The notes: generated by a model not told the origin, from the letters alone. 64,000 bases of DNA from Candidatus Saganbacteria bacterium (GCA_016223205.1 JACRPM010000010.1:26441-90440), one strand, 5' to 3'; counted from the first letter of the stretch, positions 52,500 to 61,344 are shown. Made by a program: numbers and translations.

Positions 52500-53954
52500 G
52501 TTAAAACGATATTTTAATATCTCAGTATCGCTCTCATCGACCTCGATCAGGTGATAAGGAAAGAAAACGTGGGTGTCGGATTCGCGGATGGCCAGTTCCT
52601 GGAGCTTGACCTCCAGGTTGATGTCCGCGGGGATCACCTTTAGCAGGTTTTTGGATCCACCGCTGTTCATGGGCTGGGCCCAGTTCTCGATTATCCGGCC
52701 GATGGTCTCGCGCTTTCCCGCCAGCTCCTCGCCGAATTCGGTCAAGATCGCGAGCAGCGGCTTGCCCAGGCGGGCCTCTTTTAAAAGATTGATCGAGCCC
52801 AGCATGCCCAGGTGCTGATTCAATAATTTTCCTTCTTCCTTTTCCACCGAGCCGATATTTAAAAGCAGGACCTGGCACTCGGAATATTCCCGGCCCAATC
52901 CTTCCACAAAGCGCGAATCCCCCGTGATGCCGATGTGGAGCCGTTCACCGTTCTTCAAGACCAGGTTGGTATCGAGCACCAAGCCCACGGAAGATTCCTG
53001 ATTGGTCCAGCGCTCGGTGTGGTAGGCGGGCTTCACATGGATATGAAAGCCGTATTTTTCCATCAGGGACTGGTTCTCGATCTCCGCCACCCGGTTGCCG
53101 GGCACCAGCAGTTTGAAATTTATCTCCTTGTTGCCGAACAGGTCGGTGGCGGAAAGCAGGCCGTGGAATTTCAAAAGCACTCCGGACGAGCCGAAAATAT
53201 CCAGGACTTTGCTCTTTTTTTCCTGGTTGTGATCGTTGTATTTGGCCAAAAGCGAAAGTATCCCCTCCACCGATTCGGTGTGGTCGTCGTGGTCGTGGGT
53301 GATGATGATGGCGTCGATATCGGCGATGCCCAGCCCCAGCCCGCGAAAGATATCGAAAAAATCATAGCCGGGATCGATGGCGATGCCCTTTACTTCCCCT
53401 CTCCCGTTCCGCAAGGTTAAAAAGTACCCTCCGCCCTGGGAGAGCCCGTGGGAGAATAGGGGAGAGGCGGAGTTCCACTTGTGGATGGTGCGCAGGACGT
53501 TGGCTCCCATCTTGTATTCCACCTGGCGGGGAGCGTTCAGCTCCCTGATCAGTTGGGCCTGGTTCTTTTTTATGATTTCCCGCGTGGGGAAAATGGTCTC
53601 GTCCATGTAGTTAATAGCACGGGTGGCGGAGGAGCCGAGGTTCTTCATATGCAGGTCGTACTGGCGCGCCAGCCGGAAATCCTCGTAAGCCTCGCGGAAG
53701 CGCCCCTGCAGAAAGCGACTGATGCCGCGATTGTAGGCCGGCAGCCCCACATTGCCATGCTTTTTCTGCATCAGGCGGAAAAGCGCGTCGAATACCGCCT
53801 CGGCTTCTTTATAAAGATTTCGGTCTATTAAAGCGTGGCCGAGCTGTTCCCACTTCGCCGGATCGTTCTCATTGAGGGATTTGAGAAGTTCTGGAAAGCT
53901 CTTAAAGCCGCCAAGTAAGTCCTGCAATTTGTGTCCTATTAAAATTTCCGCCAA
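52494..53954 (-). CDS. MBL-fold metallo-hydrolase with N-terminal TPR-like region
   Basis: Metal-binding IIITHDHDDHTESVEG (HxHxDH variant). 486 aa. Confidence 0.7.
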   Translation of the reverse strand: MAEILIGHKLQDLLGGFKSFPELLKSLNENDPAKWEQLGHALIDRNLYKEAEAVFDALFRLMQKKHGNVGLPAYNRGISRFLQGRFREAYEDFRLARQYDLHMKNLGSSATRAINYMDETIFPTREIIKKNQAQLIRELNAPRQVEYKMGANVLRTIHKWNSASPLFSHGLSQGGGYFLTLRNGRGEVKGIAIDPGYDFFDIFRGLGLGIADIDAIIITHDHDDHTESVEGILSLLAKYNDHNQEKKSKVLDIFGSSGVLLKFHGLLSATDLFGNKEINFKLLVPGNRVAEIENQSLMEKYGFHIHVKPAYHTERWTNQESSVGLVLDTNLVLKNGERLHIGITGDSRFVEGLGREYSECQVLLLNIGSVEKEEGKLLNQHLGMLGSINLLKEARLGKPLLAILTEFGEELAGKRETIGRIIENWAQPMNSGGSKNLLKVIPADINLEVKLQELAIRESDTHVFFPYHLIEVDESDTEILKYRFNG

Positions 53955-55182
53955 GGTAGGCGTAGTCCAAGATTACCTGGTTGATCATGATCGAGGCGCC
54001 GGCGGTCTTACTGCCGTCGTTTAATCCGGCCCGCAAGGCCAGGCCGGGAAAGGGACGGAATTCAGCGCCATAATGGTTGGTTTGCGGTTTGCCCGACTGG
54101 CGAAAAATATTCTGGATATCCGCGGCCACGGTGAGCTCATCGATAGGGGTGACAGCCAGGCCGCAGTTGATCGACATGCGATAGGTGAGGTTGGTCCCGT
54201 TCTCAAAGTGAATATCGGTGGTCAGTATCTCCTTGGCCACCGCCCCAAAGGCCAGCTGGTCCACCGGCCGCAAAAGCAAGCCCAGGTCGATCCCCGCCCC
54301 ATAACCTTTCAGGTTCACGCTGGGGATCTTGATGTCGTAGAAATTGAGGTTGCTGCCCAGCGCCACCCGCTCCTCATAGCCGGTGGCCAGCGTGAGGGTG
54401 TAATAATTGGTTTTCTGGTCCTGCACGGAATTATTGTCCGTCAACCAGGATAATCCTCCCGCGAACTGTGCCTTGCCCTGGGGGGAATATTCTTCCTCCG
54501 CCGGGCGTTCATCCCAATAGGTAGGGCGGTGATAATCGCGGTAGTAATAGGGATACGCCCAAGGACCCCAGTAGACGTTTACCGAGGTATGGCGGGCCAC
54601 TTCCTTAGCGGTCGAGGCGGTCGAAGAAAGCGCTTGTTCGGTGACCTGCGCGGCCTTTTCTTTTATCTTTTGACCCACCGCCACGGTCTTTTCGGTGCCG
54701 CCTTCCTTTACCTTTTCCGCCGGCGACTCCGTTTGGTCCACCTTTTCAGTGGATCTTCCCCAGTTTTTCTTGAGCACTCCCTGGTCCGAAAGATATTTAG
54801 CGCCTTCGAGCGCCACCAGGGAAACGACGCCGATGCCGGCGACCCAAAGAAAAGGATTAAGCTCGGTCTCGAAGTTCATCTTGAGCGCTAAAAGGTTGTC
54901 GCCGAGGCAGGCGTTGCGGTTTGAAATTACAGTGGTTCCGGTGATATCCACGCCGGGATTGCGCGCTAATCCCGCCGGGTTCCACCAGGCGGCGTTGGCA
55001 TCGTCGGAGATGGCCACAAAAGCCCCGCCCATGCCCAGCGGTCGCGCCCCGAAATTTGCGAATGATTGAGAGGCAAGAGTAAGCACCAACAAGCCGGCGA
55101 ATAAATTCGCGGTTAAATTTAGGCGAGAATTTATTCTCGGCTTCACAAGTGTTATTCTAGCAAAGCCGCCTTGCAGAAGCAA
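53902..55182 (-). CDS. FadL/OmpP1-family (PorV-like) outer-membrane beta-barrel, third paralogue
   Basis: Signal peptide, then FGARPLGMGGAFVAISDDANAAWWNPAGLA. 426 aa. C-terminal ...LTWRL. The 5' end (signal n-region) is encoded by a family-3 palindromic repeat. Confidence 0.55.
   Translation of the reverse strand: MLLQGGFARITLVKPRINSRLNLTANLFAGLLVLTLASQSFANFGARPLGMGGAFVAISDDANAAWWNPAGLARNPGVDITGTTVISNRNACLGDNLLALKMNFETELNPFLWVAGIGVVSLVALEGAKYLSDQGVLKKNWGRSTEKVDQTESPAEKVKEGGTEKTVAVGQKIKEKAAQVTEQALSSTASTAKEVARHTSVNVYWGPWAYPYYYRDYHRPTYWDERPAEEEYSPQGKAQFAGGLSWLTDNNSVQDQKTNYYTLTLATGYEERVALGSNLNFYDIKIPSVNLKGYGAGIDLGLLLRPVDQLAFGAVAKEILTTDIHFENGTNLTYRMSINCGLAVTPIDELTVAADIQNIFRQSGKPQTNHYGAEFRPFPGLALRAGLNDGSKTAGASIMINQVILDYAYLGGNFNRTQIAGLTWRL
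55081..55134. repeat. Family-3 palindromic mini-repeat (AAGCCG-GCGAATAAATTCGC-GGTTAAATTTAG-GCGAGAATTTATTCTCGGC-TT)
   Basis: Near-identical to 2633-2666 and 61311-61344. Forms two adjacent hairpins bounded by AAGCCG/CGGCTT. Confidence 0.55.
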
Positions 55183-55800
55183 GAAAGAGCTGGTAAAATG
55201 GCCGGCATGTGGATTTTTGATCGGGCGCGCGAAATATTATTGTTCCCCAAAGAGGCCTGGGAGAAGATAAAACTCGAGGAGATCAAGGACTGGAAGACGA
55301 TCATCATATATCCGGTGGTGCTGGCCCTATTCTCCGCGGCCGCTTTTTTTATTGGCTACTTCATTGTAGGAGTAAGGATTGGGGTGGTTGGTTATTACCG
55401 GATGTCAGCTATTGATGCTTTCTTTTCAGCGGTAGTTTTTTTCTTTTTAGCTCTGCTGGGTGTGGTGGTCACTGGCTTCATTATTTTATTCCTGGCTAGT
55501 TATTTTTTGGCGGAGGGGGATTTTTTTGCAGCCCTAAAGCTTTCCGTTTATTCGGCGACCGCACCGATTTTAGCGTCAGCTTTTAATATTATTCCCGGGT
55601 TAAAAATTCTTGAGATACTGGGATTGTATGGTGCTTACTTATTGTATGCGGGTATTCCTTTGCTTATGAAGGCCCCGCACGATAAAGAACAACAATTTAT
55701 TTTCACTTCCATAATTTTTGCTGTGGTAATGGTATTACTAATCCATGCTTTAGTAGGTTCTTATGTGTCCCCTATCTTTAGGGAGATGATAGTTTATTAG
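55171..55800 (+). CDS. Yip1-family polytopic membrane protein (tentative)
   Basis: 209 aa. 4-5 predicted TM helices after a soluble N-terminal segment (WIFDRAREILLFPKEAWEKI), resembling Yip1/DUF1282 topology. Confidence 0.35.
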   Translation: MQKQERAGKMAGMWIFDRAREILLFPKEAWEKIKLEEIKDWKTIIIYPVVLALFSAAAFFIGYFIVGVRIGVVGYYRMSAIDAFFSAVVFFFLALLGVVVTGFIILFLASYFLAEGDFFAALKLSVYSATAPILASAFNIIPGLKILEILGLYGAYLLYAGIPLLMKAPHDKEQQFIFTSIIFAVVMVLLIHALVGSYVSPIFREMIVY

Positions 55801-55815
55801 CTCCTTTACCCCGCA

Positions 55816-57252
55816 ATGAAAATCGAACGACATAAAATACCCGAGAGACCGGTTAACGAGCGCATCAAGGACTTTGAGGAAGTGGCGCTCGGCTACACCA
55901 TTGAGACCGCCATCGAAGAGGCCCAGCGCTGCATCCAATGCCAAAATCCCAAGTGTGTGGGAGGCTGTCCGGTGGAGATCGACATTCCCGCCTTTCTAAA
56001 GCTCATCGCCGCCGGCGATATGGAAGGGGCCATTCGTAAGATCAAAGAAAAGAATTCCCTGCCTGCCGTTTGTGGAAGGGTCTGTCCGCAAGAGGACCAG
56101 TGCGAAAAGGTGTGCATACTGGGAATTAAAGGGAAACCGGTGGCGGTAGGAGCATTGGAGAGGTTTGTGGCGGACCAGGCCTCACCCCTTTCTTCTCCTT
56201 CGCCTACGGCTTCGGAGAATTCATTCCCCTCTCCATCGAAGATGGAGAGGGGTGTCCCGATGAATCGGGACGGGGTGAGGATTGCCGTCGTCGGCTCCGG
56301 TCCCGCGGGGCTTACTTGTGCGGGAGATTTAGCCAAACTGGGTTATCAGGTCACGCTGTTTGAGTCGCTTTCGACCCCCGGCGGGGTGTTGGTCTACGGC
56401 ATTCCTGAATTCCGCCTGCCCAAGAAGATCGTGGAGATCGAGATCGATTATGTCAGATCGTTGGGGGTAGAACTGATCACCGATGTTTTGATCGGCAAGA
56501 CCATAACTATCGAGGAGCTGTTCGCCCAAGGGTTCAAGGCCGTCTTTATCGGTTCGGGCGCCGGTCTGCCGCAATTTTTGGGGGTCCCGGGAGAAAATCT
56601 TCTGGGAGTTTATTCCGCCAATGAGTTCTTATCACGGGTAAATTTAATGAAGGCCTATAAATTCCCCGAATATTTAACGCCGGTCAAGGTGGGAAAGAAG
56701 GTGGCGGTGCTGGGGGCGGGGAACGTGGCCATGGACGCGGCGCGGGTCTCGCTTCGCCTGGGAGCAAAAGAAGTTACCATCGTCTATCGCCGCAGCCGTA
56801 AGGAAATGCCTGCCCGGGCGGAGGAGATCGAGAGGGCGGAGGAGGAGGGGATCGTTTTCAAACTGCTCACCGCGCCCACCGAAATACGCGGGGATAAGAA
56901 CGGCTGGGTGCAGGAAATGGAATGCCTGGAGATGGAGCTGGGCGAGCCCGACGCATCGGGCCGCAGAAGGCCGGTCCCCAAGGAAGGATCCGAATTCGTA
57001 TTTCCGGTCGATACCATCATCTCCGCCATCGGCAACAAGCCCAATCCTTTGATCCCCCGCGAAACCTTAGAACTAAAAGTGGAAAAGTGGGGTGGGGTGA
57101 TAATCAATGAAAGCACCCGCATGACCTCTATTCCCGGGGTTTTCGCGGGAGGGGACATCGTGAGGGGAGCGGCCACGGTAATTTCCGCCATGGGGGACGG
57201 CAAAAAGGCTGCCGAGCAGATCAACGCGTATTTATCCAAGCTCGGAACCTGA
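55816..57252 (+). CDS. GltD-family NAD(P)H-dependent oxidoreductase (glutamate synthase small-subunit-like / NfnB/SudA-like)
   Basis: N-terminal Fe-S Cys clusters CIQCQNPKCVGGCP and CGRVCPQEDQCEKVC. FAD motif IAVVGSGPAGLTCAGDLAKLG. NAD(P) motif VAVLGAGNVAMDAAR. Carries an in-frame family-1 repeat in the inter-domain linker. Confidence 0.8.
   Translation: MKIERHKIPERPVNERIKDFEEVALGYTIETAIEEAQRCIQCQNPKCVGGCPVEIDIPAFLKLIAAGDMEGAIRKIKEKNSLPAVCGRVCPQEDQCEKVCILGIKGKPVAVGALERFVADQASPLSSPSPTASENSFPSPSKMERGVPMNRDGVRIAVVGSGPAGLTCAGDLAKLGYQVTLFESLSTPGGVLVYGIPEFRLPKKIVEIEIDYVRSLGVELITDVLIGKTITIEELFAQGFKAVFIGSGAGLPQFLGVPGENLLGVYSANEFLSRVNLMKAYKFPEYLTPVKVGKKVAVLGAGNVAMDAARVSLRLGAKEVTIVYRRSRKEMPARAEEIERAEEEGIVFKLLTAPTEIRGDKNGWVQEMECLEMELGEPDASGRRRPVPKEGSEFVFPVDTIISAIGNKPNPLIPRETLELKVEKWGGVIINESTRMTSIPGVFAGGDIVRGAATVISAMGDGKKAAEQINAYLSKLGT
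56180..56280. repeat. Family-1 composite palindromic element inserted in-frame in the gltD-like CDS (CCTCACCCC ... CCCCTCTCCA-TCGAAGA-TGGAGAGGGG ... GTCCCGAT-GAA-TCGGGAC ... GGGGTGAGG)
   Basis: About 101 nt bounded by the same 9-nt inverted termini as the 26663-26798 copy. It encodes the S/P-rich linker SPLSSPSPTASENSFPSPSKMERGVPMNRDGV, which is absent from typical GltD homologues. Confidence 0.6.
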
Positions 57253-57269
57253 TTGTTTAACCGCGACGT

Positions 57270-58544
57270 TCAGTCGCTGGTTACTAAGATTATCGAATTA
57301 TAGGTTATATCAACCAATTTTCTAAGTTCTGCTTCCGAAATGCTCAAAGGCGGCATAAGCACAATGACATTTCCCAGCGGTCGAAGGATCGCGCCCAATT
57401 TGCGGGCTCTCAATATCACCGGTTGCGCGGGAATATTTAGTTCGATCCCCACCATAAATCCCAATTGCCTGATCTCTTTTACCTGCTTTAATTTGGTGAA
57501 GGGCTTTAACGATTGAGACAGCAATTTTATTTTGGGCTGAAGCTTCTCGATCGTTCTTTCTTTCCTGAAGATCTCCAGATTAGCGAGGGCAGCGGCGCAG
57601 GCCAAAGGATTTCCGGTATAAGTATGGCCGTGGTAAAAGGTGTGATCAAGGAAAGCCCGGTAGATCTTTTCAGATGTTAAGGTAGCAGCCAGGGGCAAGT
57701 ATCCCCCGGTAATTCCTTTGGCGACACACATCAGGTCGGGCGTGATGCCAACGTGCTCGCAGGCGAACATTTTACCGGTTCGTCCAAAGCCGGCGGCCAC
57801 TTCATCCACGATCAAAAGCACATCATATTTTGAGCATAATCTGCGGACCGCTTTGAGATATCCCGGCGGATAAAACAGCATCCCGGCGGCGGCCTGGATA
57901 AGCGGTTCTACGATCATCGCGGCGATCTCTGGATGGCGGGTTTTCAGGATGTTTTCGAGCGCCTGGATATTTCCCGACGGCACTTTCAGCGATTTAAAAA
58001 GCAGGGGTTTATAGGTTTTATGGAAAAGGTCTATGCCCCCGACCGACACCGAGCCGATGGTATCGCCGTGATAGGCGTTGGTCAGGGTGAGGAATTTGGT
58101 TTTACCCCCTCTCTTTCTCCCCCTTAATAAGGGGGAGACGGAGGAGGGGGTGATCTGCCAATAATGGAAAGCCATCTTTAAGGCGATCTCCACCGCCTCC
58201 GAGCCCGAGTCGGAATAAAAGACACGAGTTAAACCCCGGGGAGCGAGCTTTACCAGTTTTTCCGCCAATTCTATCGAAGGGACATTGCCCAGGCCTAAAA
58301 GTGTAGAGTGGGCGATCTTTTTTAATTGGTTTTCGATGGCCCGGTCGAGCTCGGCCTTACGGTGGCCGTGGACCGTGACCCAGAGGGAAGAAACCCCGTC
58401 CAGGTATTTTCTGCCTTTGGTATCAAAGAGATAACTGCCTTTCCCCCTTTCGATGATGAGAGGTTCGCTCTTTTCCCAACCCTTCTGGTCGGTAAAAGGA
58501 TGCCAGAGGTATTGCCGGTCTTTTTTATCTAGCGCTTTTGCCAT
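57270..58544 (-). CDS. bioA: Adenosylmethionine-8-amino-7-oxononanoate aminotransferase
   Basis: 424 aa. N-terminal DRQYLWHPFTDQ. PLP-aminotransferase class III fold. Contains an in-frame family-2 repeat. Confidence 0.9.
   Translation of the reverse strand: MAKALDKKDRQYLWHPFTDQKGWEKSEPLIIERGKGSYLFDTKGRKYLDGVSSLWVTVHGHRKAELDRAIENQLKKIAHSTLLGLGNVPSIELAEKLVKLAPRGLTRVFYSDSGSEAVEIALKMAFHYWQITPSSVSPLLRGRKRGGKTKFLTLTNAYHGDTIGSVSVGGIDLFHKTYKPLLFKSLKVPSGNIQALENILKTRHPEIAAMIVEPLIQAAAGMLFYPPGYLKAVRRLCSKYDVLLIVDEVAAGFGRTGKMFACEHVGITPDLMCVAKGITGGYLPLAATLTSEKIYRAFLDHTFYHGHTYTGNPLACAAALANLEIFRKERTIEKLQPKIKLLSQSLKPFTKLKQVKEIRQLGFMVGIELNIPAQPVILRARKLGAILRPLGNVIVLMPPLSISEAELRKLVDITYNSIILVTSD
58104..58152. repeat. 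Family-2 palindromic element (ACCCCCTCTCTTTCTCCCCCTT-AATA-AGGGGGAGA...GAGGGGGTG), in-frame in bioA, preceded by GGGTGAGG
   Basis: It encodes QITPSSVSPLLRGRKRGGKTK, which is about 12 aa longer than the corresponding E. coli BioA segment YWQARGEARQRF. Near-identical copy at 60275-60343. Confidence 0.6.
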
Positions 58545-59167
58545 TTGAGCTTAGCCATGATCGGGATACCCGTTAGTTCTTCTATCACTTCTGTATTAGT
58601 CCTTTCCGAGAGATCTTTACGTTTAAACCCGTTAAGGACTATTCCCGCGATCCGTATCTTCCTTTTTCTTAAGGCCTCCACCGTAAGCAATGTATGGTTG
58701 ATGGTGCCCAGCCCCGCCCGCGCCACCACAAGGGCGGGCAGGCCCAGATCTTTTATCAGGTCCGCCACCAGATAATCGCGTTTTATGGGTACCATAACCC
58801 CGCCGATCCCCTCCACCAGCAGGCAATCGTGTTTATTTGATAATTTATGAAAAGCGGAAAATATTGGGGATAAAGAAAGCTTTTTCTTTTGCAGTTGGGA
58901 AGCGGGGTAGGGGGCGAGGGGCAAGGAAAGATGGATAGGATTTATCAAGTTGATAGGGTCTTTCAATTTGAGTTTTCTTTTTAGATAAAGAGCGTCATTC
59001 TCTTTCTGCGGGCCGCAGGAGATGGGTTTCATTACGCCAATATCCAGCCCCTCTTTTTTCAAGAGTTCCGCCAGCCAGAGCGTGACGTAGGTCTTGCCTA
59101 CGCCGGTATCAGTTCCCGTAATGAAGAAGCCAGGCAAGCTATATCCTCCTTGGTGTGCTGGGCGCAA
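58529..59167 (-). CDS. bioD: Dethiobiotin synthetase
   Basis: GFFITGTDTGVGKTYVTLWL P-loop. 212 aa. Overlaps bioF by 70 nt and bioA by 16 nt. Confidence 0.85.
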   Translation of the reverse strand: MRPAHQGGYSLPGFFITGTDTGVGKTYVTLWLAELLKKEGLDIGVMKPISCGPQKENDALYLKRKLKLKDPINLINPIHLSLPLAPYPASQLQKKKLSLSPIFSAFHKLSNKHDCLLVEGIGGVMVPIKRDYLVADLIKDLGLPALVVARAGLGTINHTLLTVEALRKRKIRIAGIVLNGFKRKDLSERTNTEVIEELTGIPIMAKLKWQKR

Positions 59168-60273
59168 ATTGTGAGCCGCAGACGGCTTTGACCCGGGGGC
59201 ACGGTCGGCGGGCGGATGGCCGAAAGCAAAATGCCGCGGGTGAAAAGTTGATTGGAGATTTCTAATGTTTTTTCGGGTGGGCCTATGATGATAGGAATGA
59301 TGGGGGATAAGGAACCTGGGGCTGAACGCCCCGGTTCCTTGGAGCCGCGACGTTCAGTCGCAGGCGAAGAATAGTAATCAATATTTTTTCTCAATTTTTC
59401 AAGAAGGGATAAATCCTTCTCGATCAACTCCAGCGCGGCCAGGGCAGCAGCGCAGGAGGCAGGCGGCAGGGCGGTGGTATAAATGAACGAACGCGATTTA
59501 TTGCGCAGGTAATCGATCAAATTCTTTGGACCTGCCACAAAGCCGCCCAGGGAGCCGATGGCCTTGGATAAAGTTCCCATCACGATGTCGGTTCGGCCTT
59601 CGCAATTAAAATGTTCTTCCAGACCTCTTCCTGTCTTCCCGAGCACTCCCGTAGAATGGGCCTCGTCTATCATCACTAAGGCCTTATGATTTTTTGCCAG
59701 CATTAATATATCGAGCAGCGGCGCCAGGTCCCCGTCCATGCTGAAGACCGAATCGGTTACGATAAGCCGCTTGCCGAAGTTTTGCGACTTGCCCAGGAGC
59801 TTTTCCAAAGCATTCATATCCCGATGGGGGAAGACCTGCAGTTTGGCGCGGGATAATTTGCAGGCATCGATTATCGAGGCATGATCCAGGCGGTCGATGA
59901 TCACGGTATCTTTTTCGTCTACCAATGCGGAAACAACGCCCAGGTTAGCCATAAAGCCGGTAGGGAAAACGATCGCCGCTTCTCTTTTTTTGAACTCGGC
60001 TATCTTCCGCTCGAGCTTTTCGTGAAGAACAAGGTTGCCGGAAATTAAACGAGACGCTCCCGCTCCAGTGCCGTACTTTTCTACTGCTTCTTTGGCGGCA
60101 GCCACGACTGCCGGATGATTCGCCAAGCCCAGATAATTGTTAGAGCAGAAATTCAGATAGAGTTTTTCGTCGATGGTTACCGTTCGGCCATCGGTCTTCT
60201 CAATGGTCTTAAGCGAGCGATAAAGGCCGGAATCTTTGATATCCGACAATTCTTTTTCGATGAAGTCCAGCAT
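59098..60273 (-). CDS. bioF: 8-amino-7-oxononanoate synthase
   Basis: 391 aa. PLP-dependent acyl-CoA transferase fold. C-terminal ...AIRPPTVPPGQSRLRLTI. Contains a low-complexity in-frame insertion encoded by two hairpin repeats. Confidence 0.9.
   Translation of the reverse strand: MLDFIEKELSDIKDSGLYRSLKTIEKTDGRTVTIDEKLYLNFCSNNYLGLANHPAVVAAAKEAVEKYGTGAGASRLISGNLVLHEKLERKIAEFKKREAAIVFPTGFMANLGVVSALVDEKDTVIIDRLDHASIIDACKLSRAKLQVFPHRDMNALEKLLGKSQNFGKRLIVTDSVFSMDGDLAPLLDILMLAKNHKALVMIDEAHSTGVLGKTGRGLEEHFNCEGRTDIVMGTLSKAIGSLGGFVAGPKNLIDYLRNKSRSFIYTTALPPASCAAALAALELIEKDLSLLEKLRKNIDYYSSPATERRGSKEPGRSAPGSLSPIIPIIIGPPEKTLEISNQLFTRGILLSAIRPPTVPPGQSRLRLTICAQHTKEDIACLASSLRELIPA
59311..59361. repeat. Two GC-clamped hairpin repeats in-frame in bioF (GGAACCTGGGGC-TGAACG-CCCCGGTTCC and GCCGCGACGTTCAGTCGC)
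   Basis: The second hairpin is 17/17 identical to 57261-57277 (gltD/bioA convergent spacer). The first resembles the GGAACC...GGTTCC hairpin at 46976-47003. They encode SSPATERRGSKEPGRSAPGSL in place of the roughly 14-aa KQRLEEAGF... segment of E. coli BioF. Confidence 0.5.
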
Positions 60274-61278
60274 TTACCCCCTCTCTTTCTCCCCCTTGGC
60301 AAGGGGGAGAGGTCCCGAGCTTTGTCGAGGGACAGAGGGGGTGTCTACTTCTAACCCCAAATCCGCTAACATCCGCAAATCTTTCTCCGGCGCCTGGCCC
60401 TTGGTCGTCAAATAATCCCCGATCAAAGTCACATTCGCTCCTGCCAAAAACATCAAGGGCTGGAGCGTGCCCAACGATAATTCCCTCCCCCCAAAGACGC
60501 CGATATCCTTGTCCTGCAATATCAGTCGATAAACCGCCACCAGACGGAGTACTTCCAAAGGTGGCATAGGCCGATAATTTTTTGCGGCGGGAGTGCCGGG
60601 GATGGGATTTAAGATATTTATCGGTACGGAATCCACCTTGAGTTCCGCCAGAGTGAAGGCCAGCTCCACTCTCTGCTCCGGTGTTTCCCCTAGGCCGAAA
60701 ATGCCGCCCGAACAAACCTCTAAACCCTCTGCTTTTGCCGCTTTGATGGTGGCCAATCTTTCCTGGTAAGTATGCGTGGTGCAAACCTGGTTGAAAAAGC
60801 TTTCCGCGGTCTCGAGATTATGGTGTAATCGCTTCAGCCCGGCGGCCTTGAGTTTTTTGATCTGCTCTTTGGAAAGCGTACCGAGCGAAACACAACGATC
60901 CAGCTTAGTTTGGCTTTTAATGGCGGAAAGGACCCCGGCAATGTCCTCAATTTCCTGGTCGGTTTTGACCGATTTTCCGGCGGTCACTATACTAAAGCAG
61001 GTGGCGTGGAAATTCTTTTCGGAATCGGTAGCGGATTTAAACATCTCATCCTTGGAGAGCAGGGGGTAGATGGGTGTTTTGGTTGAAAAATGGCCGGATT
61101 GGGCGCAGAACGAACAGTTCTCGCTGCAGCGGCCCGATTTGGCGTTAACGATCGCGCAGAGCTTTACTTTATTACCTTTGAATTTCCGGCGGGTCTCGTC
61201 GGCTTTAGCCAAAAGAGAGAAGGTCTCTTCGTCGGAAGAATTAATAAGATTTATTGCTTCTTTGAAAGATAAGGTCAT
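60274..61278 (-). CDS. bioB: Biotin synthase (radical SAM)
   Basis: CSENCSFC Fe-S/SAM motif. 334 aa. The C-terminal tail ...PLPLAKGEKERG is encoded by a family-2 palindromic element. Confidence 0.9.
   Translation of the reverse strand: MTLSFKEAINLINSSDEETFSLLAKADETRRKFKGNKVKLCAIVNAKSGRCSENCSFCAQSGHFSTKTPIYPLLSKDEMFKSATDSEKNFHATCFSIVTAGKSVKTDQEIEDIAGVLSAIKSQTKLDRCVSLGTLSKEQIKKLKAAGLKRLHHNLETAESFFNQVCTTHTYQERLATIKAAKAEGLEVCSGGIFGLGETPEQRVELAFTLAELKVDSVPINILNPIPGTPAAKNYRPMPPLEVLRLVAVYRLILQDKDIGVFGGRELSLGTLQPLMFLAGANVTLIGDYLTTKGQAPEKDLRMLADLGLEVDTPSVPRQSSGPLPLAKGEKERG
60275..60343. repeat. Family-2 palindromic element at the bioB/bioF junction (ACCCCCTCTCTTTCTCCCCCTT-GGC-AAGGGGGAGAG + GTCCC...GGGAC + CAGAGGGGGTG)
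   Basis: 24 of 26 nt identical to the bioA copy. It supplies the last 10 codons and the stop of bioB. The bioF ATG follows the TAA directly. Confidence 0.6.
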
Positions 61279-61291
61279 GATAACTCTAGAA

Positions 61292-61344
61292 ACCGGCCCC
61301 GGTAAACCGGGGCGGTTAAATTTCGGCGAGAATTCATTCTCGCC
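61292..61344. repeat. Hairpin ACCGGCCCCGG-TAAA-CCGGGGCGGT plus family-3 repeat GGTTAAATTTCGGCGAGAATTCATTCTCGCC in the GH94-bioB spacer (terminator-like on the minus strand)
   Basis: Perfect 9-bp stem GGCGAGAAT/ATTCTCGCC immediately after the GH94 stop. Shares GGTTAAATTT-GGCGAGAAT with copies at 2647-2666 and 55101-55131. Confidence 0.5.

Noticed and set aside
50480-52500. Possible CRISPR array suggested by repeated GAACTTAGAACAC units
   Set aside because: The units are tandem or inverted parts of long imperfect hairpins (elements A, B, C). There are no regularly spaced direct repeats with unique spacers, and no cas genes.
53398-53470. Possible additional family-1 repeat (GAATAGGGGAGAGG) inside the MBL-fold gene
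   Set aside because: Only a 13-nt partial match with no partner arm or terminal motifs, so probably chance.
55893-57239. Minus-strand ORFs 55893..56336 and 56784..57239 inside the gltD-like gene
   Set aside because: Antisense shadow frames. The sense frame has Fe-S and FAD/NAD(P) motifs.
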